Shown here: positions 37,277 through 46,712 of the stretch, piece after piece
Numbering within the stretch: the stretch's first letter is position 1
Layout of the letters: each line of letters starts with the position of its first letter
Assembly: GCA_947168625.1 (NCBI GenBank)
Contig: CAMVMQ010000002.1
Coordinates: forward strand, 1 to 52,651
Origin: an uncultured Bacillales bacterium
GTDB taxonomy: Bacteria; Bacillota_I; Bacilli_A; RF39; UBA660
DNA length: 52,651 nucleotides
Direction of reading: 5' to 3'
Made by a program: the position numbers and the translations under genes
Notes under the pieces: model-generated
The model's input: the letters and a program-made list of their open reading frames with translations, nothing else
Database searches by the model: none
What the model was told of the DNA's origin: nothing

Positions 37277-37711
37277 ATGAAAATTGGTATTGCAAGTGAT
37301 CATAGAGGATATAAAACGAAAGAGATGTTGAAGGAAAGCCTTATTGGTTATGATATTATTGATTATGGTACTAATAATGAAGAACCTGCCGATTTCCCTG
37401 TATATGCTAAAAAGTTAGGGGAAGCTATATTAAATAATGATATTGATTATGGTATTGCTATTTGTGGTACGGGTATTGGTATGAGTATTGCTTTAAATAA
37501 GATAAAGGGAATCTATTGTGCTAAAGTATCTAATGCAAGTGAAGCTAGACTTGCTAGGTCGCATAATAATGCTAATACTATTGCATTTAGTGAGGAATTG
37601 GATGATGATTTAAAGTTGGAAATTGTTAATAGTTTTTTAACTACTCCTTTTTCTAATGTTAGTAAGTATGTAAAGAGAAATGATATGATTAGGAAAATGG
37701 AAAATGATTAA
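37277..37711 (+). CDS. rpiB: ribose-5-phosphate isomerase B
   Basis: MKIGIASDHRGY and CGTGIGMSIALNK motifs, about 144 aa. Confidence 0.92.
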   Translation: MKIGIASDHRGYKTKEMLKESLIGYDIIDYGTNNEEPADFPVYAKKLGEAILNNDIDYGIAICGTGIGMSIALNKIKGIYCAKVSNASEARLARSHNNANTIAFSEELDDDLKLEIVNSFLTTPFSNVSKYVKRNDMIRKMEND

Positions 37712-37892
37712 ACTTTTTTTATACATTATTGTTATTCCTTTAGTTATATTTGCTATGGATAGTATTAATATCAATGGAATATTTAAGAAGAATAAAATTT
37801 ATCAGGCAAGACTTTTATATATATTATTTGTTTTTAGTATTTCTTATTTGATATGCAATTTTATTTATGATTTAATATATATGGTTAGATAA
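37704..37892 (+). CDS. DUF1146 (YwzB-like) small membrane protein
   Basis: Two TM helices. The pattern FAMDSININGIFKKNKIYQARLLYIL...NFIYD resembles B. subtilis YwzB (recalled from memory). Confidence 0.5.
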   Translation: MIKLFLYIIVIPLVIFAMDSININGIFKKNKIYQARLLYILFVFSISYLICNFIYDLIYMVR

Positions 37893-37969
37893 AAGAGTAA
37901 TTTTATGTGTTACTCTTTTTTTGTTTGTCTTTTTATGTGTAATATGGTAAAATACTTGCGAGGGAAGAA

Positions 37970-38953
37970 ATGTTTAAAATTGGTAATATTGAAATAGAGA
38001 ATAATGTTGTTTTGGCTCCGATGGCCGGTGTTTGTAATAGCGCTTTTAGGAGAATTATTAAGGAAATGGGATGTTCCTTGGTTTATGCTGAAATGGTAAG
38101 TGATAAAGGGCTTATTTATGACAGTAAAAAGACTAAGAACATGTTATATTTTGAAGAGTGTGAAAGGCCTATTGCGCAACAGATATTTGGGAGTGATAAG
38201 GAAACTTTCGTTAAGGCTGCTAAAATGGTTGAAGAAATAATGCATCCGGATATTATTGATATTAATATGGGATGTCCTGTTCCTAAGGTTGCCATAAAAG
38301 CACAGGCTGGAGCTGCTCTCCTTAAGAATCCTGATAAGATTTATGATATTGTTTCTTCGGTAGTTAAGGCTGTTAGTGTTCCCGTTACTGTTAAAATTAG
38401 AAGTGGCTGGGATAATAATAGTGTTAATGCGGTTGAGGTAGCAAAGGTATGTGAGAAAGCGGGGGCTAGTGCTATTTGTGTGCATGGAAGAACAAGAAGT
38501 CAGGGATATAGTGGATTTGTTGATTTAAATATTATTAAAAAGGTTAAAGAAAATGTTAACATTCCTGTTATTGGTAATGGTGACGTTACTGATATTCAAA
38601 GTGCTGAAAAGATGCTTTCCTATACTGGATGTGATGCTATTATGATTGGAAGAGGTGTTCTTGGTAATCCCTGGCTTATGAGGGAAATAATTACTTATCT
38701 AAATACAGGCGCTTTAATTTCTAAACCTAGTTATAGTGAGAGAATAGAAATGTGTTTTCATCATATGGATTATTTACTTAAAATTAAGAATGAGAGAGTA
38801 GCTGTATTAGAGATGAGAAGTCATATTTCTTGGTATTTGAAGGGCCTTCCTGGAGCACAAAGAATAAAAAATGAAATATTTAAAGTAAGAGAAGTTGAAG
38901 ATATTAAAAAAATTCTTTTTAACTATTTAAAAGAATTAGAAAATAAGGTATAA
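37970..38953 (+). CDS. dusB: tRNA-dihydrouridine synthase
   Basis: LAPMAGVCNSAFR, DINMGCPV, VHGRTRSQ. Precedes lysS as in Bacillus. Confidence 0.92.
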   Translation: MFKIGNIEIENNVVLAPMAGVCNSAFRRIIKEMGCSLVYAEMVSDKGLIYDSKKTKNMLYFEECERPIAQQIFGSDKETFVKAAKMVEEIMHPDIIDINMGCPVPKVAIKAQAGAALLKNPDKIYDIVSSVVKAVSVPVTVKIRSGWDNNSVNAVEVAKVCEKAGASAICVHGRTRSQGYSGFVDLNIIKKVKENVNIPVIGNGDVTDIQSAEKMLSYTGCDAIMIGRGVLGNPWLMREIITYLNTGALISKPSYSERIEMCFHHMDYLLKIKNERVAVLEMRSHISWYLKGLPGAQRIKNEIFKVREVEDIKKILFNYLKELENKV

Positions 38954-38974
38954 TATTAAGTGTTTGGTGATAAT

Positions 38975-39559
38975 ATGAAAAAAATATTTATTAAAAGAAT
39001 TGGTGCATATTTATTTGATTTTATTATTGTTGCTATTATTATTTCAATTATTACGATGAAGTTTACTAATAGTAATAAGGTTATAGATGAATTGAATAAT
39101 TTGATTGTTGGTGTTAATAATGAGAATATTACTATGAAAGAATTTTCTGATAAAATGACTATTCTTAATTATGATTATCAAAAAAGTACGGTTCCTTTGA
39201 AAATTGTTAATGTACTTGTTAACTTTGGCTATTTTGTTATTTTTGCTACTTTAAACAAAGGACAAACACTTGGCAAGAAAGTGTTTAAAATTAGAGTAGT
39301 TAATAAAGATGGAAAAAGTCCTAGTATATGGAATGTATTAATAAGAAGTTTGTTTTTGTATGGTATATTACTTGGTATAATAAATATTGTTAGTGTTAAT
39401 ATTTGTAATGCTAAAACTTTTAGTCATGTAAATACAATTTTTGATTATGTTAGTTATATTTTTATTATTATTTGTTTCTTTATGGTATCTATGAGAAAAG
39501 ATAGTAAAGGACTTCATGATTTGATGGCTGGTACTAATGTGATAGGAGAGGAGAAATAG
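38975..39559 (+). CDS. RDD family membrane protein
   Basis: KRIGAYLFDFIIV, GQTLGKKVFKIRVVNKDG and LHDLMAGTNV pattern, with 3-4 TM segments. Confidence 0.75.
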   Translation: MKKIFIKRIGAYLFDFIIVAIIISIITMKFTNSNKVIDELNNLIVGVNNENITMKEFSDKMTILNYDYQKSTVPLKIVNVLVNFGYFVIFATLNKGQTLGKKVFKIRVVNKDGKSPSIWNVLIRSLFLYGILLGIINIVSVNICNAKTFSHVNTIFDYVSYIFIIICFFMVSMRKDSKGLHDLMAGTNVIGEEK

Positions 39560-39561
39560 GC

Positions 39562-41028
39562 ATGGAAAGAACAGAACAAGAAATAGTTAGAATTGAAAAA
39601 ATTGATAAGATTAAGGATTATTGTAATCCTTATCCTGAAAAGTATGTTAAGACGCATTCTTTAAAGGAAGCAAGGTTACTTGAAGATGGCATTGATAATG
39701 TTAGATTAGCGGGTAGAATTGTCTTTATGAGGAAGATGGGTAAACTTAGCTTTCTTCGTATTAGGGATATTGAAGGTGATATGCAACTCGAAATTAAGAT
39801 TGATGAGGTTGGAGAAGAATCTTATTCTTTCTTTAAATCTTTAATTGATTTGGGTGATTTTATTGGAGCTGAAGGTGAAATTTTCACTACCCAGACTGGT
39901 GAAAAGACTTTAAGAGTACATACTTTTGAGTTCCTTGGTAAGGCTTTAAGACCTTTACCTGAAAAATTTCATGGATTAATGGATATAGAAACTAAGTATC
40001 GTGAAAGATATGTTGATTTAATTACAAATGAGGAATCAAGAAAGGTATTTTTAGGTAGAAGTAAATTATATGCTTATATACATAAGTTTTTAGGAGAGAA
40101 TGGATTTTTAGAAGTAGAAACTCCTATTCTTCAAAATGCTGTATGTGGCGCTTCTGCTAGACCTTTTTATACTCACCATAATGCTCTTGATATTGAGTGT
40201 AATTTAAGAATTGCACCTGAAACTTATTTGAAACAATGTGTAGCTGGTGGCTTTGATAGAGTATACGAAGTTGCTAAGTGTTTTAGGAATGAAGGGATGG
40301 ATCCTCAGCACTTACAAGAATTTACACAGGTAGAATGGTATGCTTCTTACTGGAATTTTGAAGATAATATTAACTTTTATCAGAAGTTTATTAGAGGTCT
40401 TTTGATGGAACTTGTTGGTACTACTAAGATCGAGTATCAGGGTACAGAAATTGATTTTGGTAAAGAAAATTGGAATAAGATTAATTATGTTGAAAGAATG
40501 AGAGAAGTGTTTGGTTTTGATTTTCTTGATTTTGAAGAACCTCAAATTCTTAAAGACAAGATAGTTGAAAAAGGTTTATTTACTTATACTGATTTGGAAG
40601 AATATCATTCTTTATCTCAAATTATTGATTTTTGTTATAAAAAATGTGTTAGGGCAAATATTATTGAGCCTACTATTATTTATAATTATCCTGCTGTTTT
40701 AATGCCACTTGCTAGAAGAAATGATAATGATTCTCGTATTATTGATGTTTTTCAAGTTGTTGTTTTTGGTACCGAATTATGTAAAGCATATTCAGAGCTT
40801 GTTAATCCATTTCAACAGAGAAAGACTTTTGAGCAACAATTAGAAGCTAAAGCTCAAGGTGATGAAGAAACAATGGATATTGATGAAAGCTTTTTATCCG
40901 CTATGGAACAAGGAATGCCACCAATATCTGGACTTGGCTTTGGAATAGATAGACTTCTTATGATTATTTATAATCAACCTTCTATTAGAGATGTTGTGTT
41001 ATTTCCTCAGATGAAAGATAAGAAGTAA
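39562..41028 (+). CDS. lysS: lysine--tRNA ligase (class II)
   Basis: OB-fold N-domain (RLAGRIVFMRKMGKLSFLRIRD), motif 2 FRNEG, motif 3 GLGFGIDRLLM. Confidence 0.96.
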   Translation: MERTEQEIVRIEKIDKIKDYCNPYPEKYVKTHSLKEARLLEDGIDNVRLAGRIVFMRKMGKLSFLRIRDIEGDMQLEIKIDEVGEESYSFFKSLIDLGDFIGAEGEIFTTQTGEKTLRVHTFEFLGKALRPLPEKFHGLMDIETKYRERYVDLITNEESRKVFLGRSKLYAYIHKFLGENGFLEVETPILQNAVCGASARPFYTHHNALDIECNLRIAPETYLKQCVAGGFDRVYEVAKCFRNEGMDPQHLQEFTQVEWYASYWNFEDNINFYQKFIRGLLMELVGTTKIEYQGTEIDFGKENWNKINYVERMREVFGFDFLDFEEPQILKDKIVEKGLFTYTDLEEYHSLSQIIDFCYKKCVRANIIEPTIIYNYPAVLMPLARRNDNDSRIIDVFQVVVFGTELCKAYSELVNPFQQRKTFEQQLEAKAQGDEETMDIDESFLSAMEQGMPPISGLGFGIDRLLMIIYNQPSIRDVVLFPQMKDKK

Positions 41029-41111
41029 ATCCTTAAAAAACAAGAAAACTCTTGTTTTTTTTGTTTACATAATTCATATTTGTGTTATAATTAATGTTAG
41101 AGGAGGTTATT

Positions 41112-42560
41112 ATGAAAAAACATAGTTTATTTAAGGTAATATTAATTGTTTTAGGGGTACTTGTTTGTTTAAGTGGATTGTTTGCAATATTAGGGCTTGT
41201 AGGTGTTAAGGTTTTTGAAAACTTTAAGATGATACCTTTAGGTGATACATTTTTAAACTTTGTACAGTCATTCTATTATTTCTTTGATACGTTTGTATTT
41301 TTAATGGTACTTGGAGCATTTTATGCAGTTCTTAATAAAATACCTGCTTATAAGAAGTTAATAGATAATATTGCGCAAAAAGTTAAAGTACATAGTAAAT
41401 TGTTTGTATTTATTACTACTGTTTTATTTGCTATACTTACTTCTGTTACTGGACTAATCAATGTACTTATGGTTTTTGTTCCATTTGTTATTGCAATTAT
41501 TTTACTTCTTGGCTATGATAAGCTTGTTGCTATCAGTTCAACTATTGTTGCTATGTTAGTAGGTTTTATGGGTGGCATATTTGTTACTTTTAGGGATGCT
41601 AATAGTTACTATGGTTATGCATCAACAACATTTTCTAAATTCGTTGGTGTAAAGATGTATGCTAATTTGGTACCACAATTAATTATTTTAGTTTTAGGTA
41701 CTACACTTTTAATTTTATTTATTAATAAATATATGAAAAGTGTTCAAGACAAAAAAGTTAAATACGAATTAAATGATAGTGATGAAGTTATTGTTTCTGA
41801 AGTAAAAGGAGACTATAAGACAATTAAGACATGGCCACTTATTATTATTCTTGCATTTATCTTTGTTATTTTAGTACTTGGATATATGCCTTGGAATGAT
41901 TTATTTGGTATTAAATGTTTTGATAAATTTGATGAATGGTTAAAAGGCCTTTCTATAGGTGATTTTGCAGTTATTCCAAGTGTTTTATCAGGATATTTAT
42001 ATTCATTTGGTTCGTGGGCAAGTTTGGGCTCTTATATGTGCATCATTATTACTTTAATCATCTTTACGATTATAATTGAGATTATTTATCGTGTTAAATT
42101 TGATGAATTGTTTGATGATTTTATGTCTGGTGCTAAAAAGATGATGCCTATGGTATTCTTAGTTGCTATATCATATGCAATACTTGTTTGTGCTTATAAC
42201 TTTGAGTTTATGTCTAATTTAATTACTTTAATTGGTGATAAGATTGGTATGAACTTAGTTACTAGTTCGTTACTTAGTGTGCTTGGTACATTATTCCATA
42301 ACGATTTATATTATACTGTTTCTGGAGTATTTGCTAATATTAATAGTTTTGCTGATGATTCACTATTATCTACATATGCTTTGACTTATCAAAGTATATA
42401 TGGACTTGTTAGTGTTATCGCACCAACTAGTTTACTAGTTATCTTTGCACTTAAGTATTTTGATGTTCCATATACTTCATGGGTTAAGTATATATGGAGA
42501 TTTGTATTAATGTTATTCTTACTTGTAATTTTAGTATTACTTGTTCTTTCATTAATATAA
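41112..42560 (+). CDS. polytopic membrane transporter, YfcC/DcuC-like (ion transporter superfamily)
   Basis: At least 10 hydrophobic helices. The N-terminal pattern (FLNFVQSFYYFFDTFVFLMVLGAFYAVLNKIPAYKKLI) resembles YfcC-type carriers. AGGAGG SD precedes ATG 41112. Confidence 0.5.
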   Translation: MKKHSLFKVILIVLGVLVCLSGLFAILGLVGVKVFENFKMIPLGDTFLNFVQSFYYFFDTFVFLMVLGAFYAVLNKIPAYKKLIDNIAQKVKVHSKLFVFITTVLFAILTSVTGLINVLMVFVPFVIAIILLLGYDKLVAISSTIVAMLVGFMGGIFVTFRDANSYYGYASTTFSKFVGVKMYANLVPQLIILVLGTTLLILFINKYMKSVQDKKVKYELNDSDEVIVSEVKGDYKTIKTWPLIIILAFIFVILVLGYMPWNDLFGIKCFDKFDEWLKGLSIGDFAVIPSVLSGYLYSFGSWASLGSYMCIIITLIIFTIIIEIIYRVKFDELFDDFMSGAKKMMPMVFLVAISYAILVCAYNFEFMSNLITLIGDKIGMNLVTSSLLSVLGTLFHNDLYYTVSGVFANINSFADDSLLSTYALTYQSIYGLVSVIAPTSLLVIFALKYFDVPYTSWVKYIWRFVLMLFLLVILVLLVLSLI

Positions 42561-42626
42561 TATATTAAAAATTAGATGTCTCTTAGGAGATATCTTTTTG
42601 TTTAAAAATAATAAGGAGGTTTTATT

Positions 42627-42854
42627 ATGAGTGGAATTAGTAAAGAGTATTTAGAAAAATTGAATTTAGAAGAATTAAAAGTATTGTATACTAAATATTT
42701 TAATATGGGGAAAAATATTATTAAATTTGATGTTAATCAAGGGCTTGCTGTTCTTGATATGGCAGATAGTATTGAGTATGAAATTAATCGTAGGAATGAA
42801 AATAATACAATAAAAGTTGATTCTGATATGACTAGATTAAAAAAAATAAATTAA
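42627..42854 (+). CDS. small hypothetical soluble protein (75 aa)
   Basis: Strong SD AAGGAGG, and a terminator hairpin GAACTT-TAAT-GAAGTTC plus T5 directly after the stop. Confidence 0.55.
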   Translation: MSGISKEYLEKLNLEELKVLYTKYFNMGKNIIKFDVNQGLAVLDMADSIEYEINRRNENNTIKVDSDMTRLKKIN

Positions 42855-42904
42855 GAACTTTAATGAAGTTCTTTTTCTATATATTTAAAATTAATATTAT
42901 AATT

Positions 42905-42998
42905 ACTGGTTATTTTAAGTAGAAGACTATGGAGGATTAACTTGTTAATCCGGGTTTAACTATAAATTAAAGATTTTTTAGGAAAAAGTCTTTTTTTT
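42905..42998 (+). ncRNA. putative ~90-nt small RNA containing element B2
   Basis: TATAAT at 42897..42902, then the element, then an 11-bp hairpin AAAGATTTTTT-AGG-AAAAAGTCTTT plus T5 (42969..42998). It sits between two terminated genes. The -35 is weak. Confidence 0.3.
42919..42960 (+). repeat. structured intergenic element, copy B2 (lacks the AGCG..GCGG segment)
   Basis: GTAGAAGACTATGGAG, hairpin GGATTAA/TTAATCC, then GGGTTTAAC. Confidence 0.65.
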
Positions 42999-43062
42999 CG
43001 TGTTTAATTTTAGTTAATATATGTCATTATATACATAGAATAGATTTGAAAGGGGATAGAAC

Positions 43063-45372
43063 ATGATTGGTAATTTTAATATAGAGGCACAGAAAATATT
43101 AAAAAATGCAAGGGATGAGATGATTAAACTTGGGCATCCTTATATTGGAACGGAGCATTTATTACTTGCTATTTTGAAGAGTGATACTGATCTTGCTAAT
43201 AAACTTAATGAATATGGTCTAACATATGATAATTTTAAAGATGAATTATGTAAGGTAGTTGGCAAGACAAATAAAAAGAGTGAGTATTTTTTATACACTC
43301 CTTTACTTAGAAAGATAATTGAGAATGCTATTATTGATAGTAAAGAAAATAATAACGGTGAGGTAACTGAAGAACATTTATTTTATGCTATGCTTGATGA
43401 GGGGGAAGGGATAGCTATAAGATTATTAATTGGTATGAACATTGATATTGAAAGTATGTACGATAACTTTTCTTCTAGTTTAATAAAGAAATCTAATCAT
43501 AGTAATAAAAGAAAATTACTTATTACTGAACTTGGATTTGATATGACTAGTAAAGTCAATGATGGTACTTTTGATCCAGTTATAGGGCGAGATAAAGAAG
43601 TTAAGAGAGTTATGGAGATACTGTGTCGTAGGACTAAAAATAATCCTATTTTAATAGGAGAAGCTGGTGTTGGAAAGACCGCTATTGTGGAAGAGTTAGC
43701 TAGAAGAATTGTTCTTGAGGATGTACCTAATAATTTAATTGGTAAGAGAATAATAGCTCTTGATATGGCGACGATGGTAGCGGGTACTAAATATCGTGGT
43801 GAATTTGAAGAGAGAATGAAAAAGATTGTTAAAGAAGTTGAAGATAATGATAATATTATTTTATTTATTGATGAAATACATACTTTAGTTGGTGCTGGTG
43901 GCGCTGAAGGAGCAATTGATGCTTCAAATATTCTTAAACCTGCTTTAGCTAGAGGAAATATTCATTGTATTGGTGCTACTACTACCAATGAGTATAAGAA
44001 TTTTATTGAACATGATTCGGCTTTGGAGAGAAGATTTCAGAAAGTAATTATAAATGAACCGTCTAGAGAGGAAACTTTAAATATTATTTCTAAATTAAAA
44101 CCAATATATGAAAAATATCATAATGTTATTGTATCTGATGAAGTAATAAAAAACATTGTTGATTTATCTGAAAAGTATATTTTTGATAGAAATAGACCCG
44201 ATAAGGAAATTGACATTTTGGATGAAGTCTGTTCAATGGTCAGTATGAGAATTAGTAAAGATAAAGAAAAAGAAAATAATTTAAGAAAGACACTTTTACT
44301 ATTAGAAAAAGAAAAGAATAGTTATATTATTGATAAACATATTGATAAGGCTTATGACATTAGAAAAAAAGAAACAAAACTTATGTCTTCTTTAAATGAA
44401 TTGGAGCTTAAATCTAATGATAATAAAGGTGTAATTACAGTTAAAGATGTTGCTTATGTTATTAATAGTAGAAGTAATGTACCGGTATATGAAGTTATGG
44501 ATAATCCTTCTCAAAGTATAAATAAACTTAAATCTGATATTAAGAAGCTGATTATAGGGCAGGATAATGCTGTAGACAGTTTATTAGACATGACTAAGAG
44601 AATTAAGTTTGGATGTAATAACAGGGTATATTCGTCTATATTTATTGGACCATCGGGCGTTGGTAAAAGTGCTTTAGCTAAGATATTTGGTTGTTTTCTT
44701 GTTGGGGAAGATAGGTTTATTAGACTTGATTTAAGTGAATATAGTGATAGTTCTTCTGTTAATAAAATTCTTGGTTCTTCTCCTGGGTATGTTGGCTATG
44801 ATGATAATAATAATATTCTTGAAGAGGTAAGAAATAATCCTAATTGTGTTATTCTTTTGGATGAAATTGACAAGGCTCATCCATTAGTGCTTAATTTGCT
44901 TTATCAAATTCTTGATGAGGGTAAAATTAAAAATTCTAAGGGGACTGTTGTTAGATTTGATAATGCAATTATTATTATGACAACAAATGGTAATTATGAA
45001 ACTAATAGTATTGGTTTTAGTAAAAGTAGCGATGGTAGGATAAGTGAAGTAAAAAATATTTTGGGGAATGCTCTAGTTAATAGAATTGATGATATTATTT
45101 TTTTTAATAGACTAAAAGAAGATGATGTTAGGGAAATTATTAATAATAGACTTAATAACCTAAAAAATAGTTATAGTAATATTAATATTTCCTTTACAGA
45201 TAATTTAGTTAATAATATTATTTTAGAATGTAAGTTTGAGCAGTTTGGTGCTAGACGAGTAGAAAAAATTATACAAAGTAAAGTTATTCCAAAAATTATT
45301 GATGCCTTAATTGAAAAAAAGAAAAATGTTTTAATAGATACTATTATTAATAAAGAAAATATCACTATTTAA
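43063..45372 (+). CDS. clpC: ClpC-like Clp/Hsp100 AAA+ ATPase
   Basis: Two Clp_N repeats (GHPYIGTEHLLLAIL; EVTEEHLFYAML). Walker A GEAGVGKTAIVE with LFIDEIH, second Walker A GPSGVGKSALAK with ILLDEIDKAH, and an IGF loop. Confidence 0.9.
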   Translation: MIGNFNIEAQKILKNARDEMIKLGHPYIGTEHLLLAILKSDTDLANKLNEYGLTYDNFKDELCKVVGKTNKKSEYFLYTPLLRKIIENAIIDSKENNNGEVTEEHLFYAMLDEGEGIAIRLLIGMNIDIESMYDNFSSSLIKKSNHSNKRKLLITELGFDMTSKVNDGTFDPVIGRDKEVKRVMEILCRRTKNNPILIGEAGVGKTAIVEELARRIVLEDVPNNLIGKRIIALDMATMVAGTKYRGEFEERMKKIVKEVEDNDNIILFIDEIHTLVGAGGAEGAIDASNILKPALARGNIHCIGATTTNEYKNFIEHDSALERRFQKVIINEPSREETLNIISKLKPIYEKYHNVIVSDEVIKNIVDLSEKYIFDRNRPDKEIDILDEVCSMVSMRISKDKEKENNLRKTLLLLEKEKNSYIIDKHIDKAYDIRKKETKLMSSLNELELKSNDNKGVITVKDVAYVINSRSNVPVYEVMDNPSQSINKLKSDIKKLIIGQDNAVDSLLDMTKRIKFGCNNRVYSSIFIGPSGVGKSALAKIFGCFLVGEDRFIRLDLSEYSDSSSVNKILGSSPGYVGYDDNNNILEEVRNNPNCVILLDEIDKAHPLVLNLLYQILDEGKIKNSKGTVVRFDNAIIIMTTNGNYETNSIGFSKSSDGRISEVKNILGNALVNRIDDIIFFNRLKEDDVREIINNRLNNLKNSYSNINISFTDNLVNNIILECKFEQFGARRVEKIIQSKVIPKIIDALIEKKKNVLIDTIINKENITI

Positions 45373-45380
45373 TAGTGATA

Positions 45381-46637
45381 TTATTCATTATAAGCTTCTT
45401 TTACATACATTGTACTATCTAGACTTGTTATTATATTTTTATAGTTATTATAGATACTTTTATAGTTTGGTAAATATTTTTTTATTAGTGAATTACTGAA
45501 TGGAATTACATGAAAGTCTCGCCATGTATTTTGGTTATAATAGTTATATAGTAGTTCGTTTTCTACATTTTTTATTTTAATACTTTTTTCTCCATCTTTA
45601 ATATCTTTTTCAATGGTTAAATTTGTCATTAATTCGATTGTGCATTTGTAATTTAGACATGTACTTTTATTTTGATATTGTGCGGAAATAAAATTTCCTA
45701 GAGAATAAATGACTAGGGTATCGTCTATCCATGTTACTGGTTGTATTACATGTGGGTGTGTTCCAATTATTAAATCAACTCCTAGTGAAGAAAGGTATGT
45801 AGCCATATCTTTTTCATATTCTGTTGGAATATGAGTATATTCTACTCCCCAGTGCATAGCTACGATTAGAAAGTCAACTTTACTACGAACTTTTTCAATA
45901 TCTTCTTTTACTATTTTTTTATATTCCTGATATTTTGTATCTTTTTTTGGATCATTTATTTTATCGGTATCTGTGGGCCATACATTTACGTAGTATTCTT
46001 TTTCTCTTGGCATTCCATTTGTTCCATATGTATAATTTAACATTGTATAAGTTATGTTATTAGCTTCTTTTATTTTAATTTTTTCTTTTTCTTCATTAGA
46101 ACAGTATGAACCTGATGTTAATACATTTTCTTTTGAATTCCAATATTTACAAGAGTTTTCTACGGCAATAGAGCCGCTATCCATTGTATGATTTGTTGCT
46201 AGGCTTACTAGATTGAACCCAGCATCGATCATGGCATCACCAGCTTCATATGGTGAATTGAATGTTGGATAGTCATTTAATCCTAGTTCTGTACCACCAA
46301 GGATGGTTTCTTGATTATAATAGGCTATATCATAGTTTTTAACTATTTCTTTGATGTTTTCAATCATTGGTTTAAAATCATACCCATTGTAACCTGCTAG
46401 TTTATTCGCATCTTTATAAACTGATGAATGAATAAGATTATCTCCTACGGCTATTAGGGTAGCTTCATAATGTTCATCATTATTCTTTTTTTCAATTATA
46501 CTATTCTCTTTTTTATTTATTGTCTTTTTTATATTCTTGTTATATATAAATACTCCTGATACTGCTAGTAATAATGTTATTATTATTAACGTCATTTTAA
46601 TTCTTTTTTTTATTCTTCTTTTTCTTCTTTTCTTCAT
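45381..46637 (-). CDS. CapA family (PGA_cap metallophosphatase-like) membrane-anchored protein
   Basis: N-terminal Arg/Lys-rich anchor. Motifs GDNLIH, ATNHTMD, MHWGVEY, GTHPHVIQP. Confidence 0.8.
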   Translation of the reverse strand: MKKRRKRRIKKRIKMTLIIITLLLAVSGVFIYNKNIKKTINKKENSIIEKKNNDEHYEATLIAVGDNLIHSSVYKDANKLAGYNGYDFKPMIENIKEIVKNYDIAYYNQETILGGTELGLNDYPTFNSPYEAGDAMIDAGFNLVSLATNHTMDSGSIAVENSCKYWNSKENVLTSGSYCSNEEKEKIKIKEANNITYTMLNYTYGTNGMPREKEYYVNVWPTDTDKINDPKKDTKYQEYKKIVKEDIEKVRSKVDFLIVAMHWGVEYTHIPTEYEKDMATYLSSLGVDLIIGTHPHVIQPVTWIDDTLVIYSLGNFISAQYQNKSTCLNYKCTIELMTNLTIEKDIKDGEKSIKIKNVENELLYNYYNQNTWRDFHVIPFSNSLIKKYLPNYKSIYNNYKNIITSLDSTMYVKEAYNE

Positions 46638-46712
46638 TTTACACTTCCTATAATTAAATTATAGCATAGCTATTAGATAATTGTCTATAATAAAGGAAGC
46701 ATTATTTGCTTC

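Noticed and set aside
42837-42854. By my hand count, the printed poly-A run near 42839..42846 seemed one base shorter than needed for the ORF-track C-terminus (..LKKIN*).
   Set aside because: Flanking anchors (ATG 42627, clpC ATG 43063) agree with the ORF track, so this is most likely my counting error in a homopolymer. ORF-track coordinates were kept. It shows that my hand-derived site coordinates can be off by 1 nt.
42855-43062. A CtsR operator (tandem GGTCAAA heptads) upstream of clpC.
   Set aside because: No GGTCAAA-like repeats are visible in the 208-bp upstream region.
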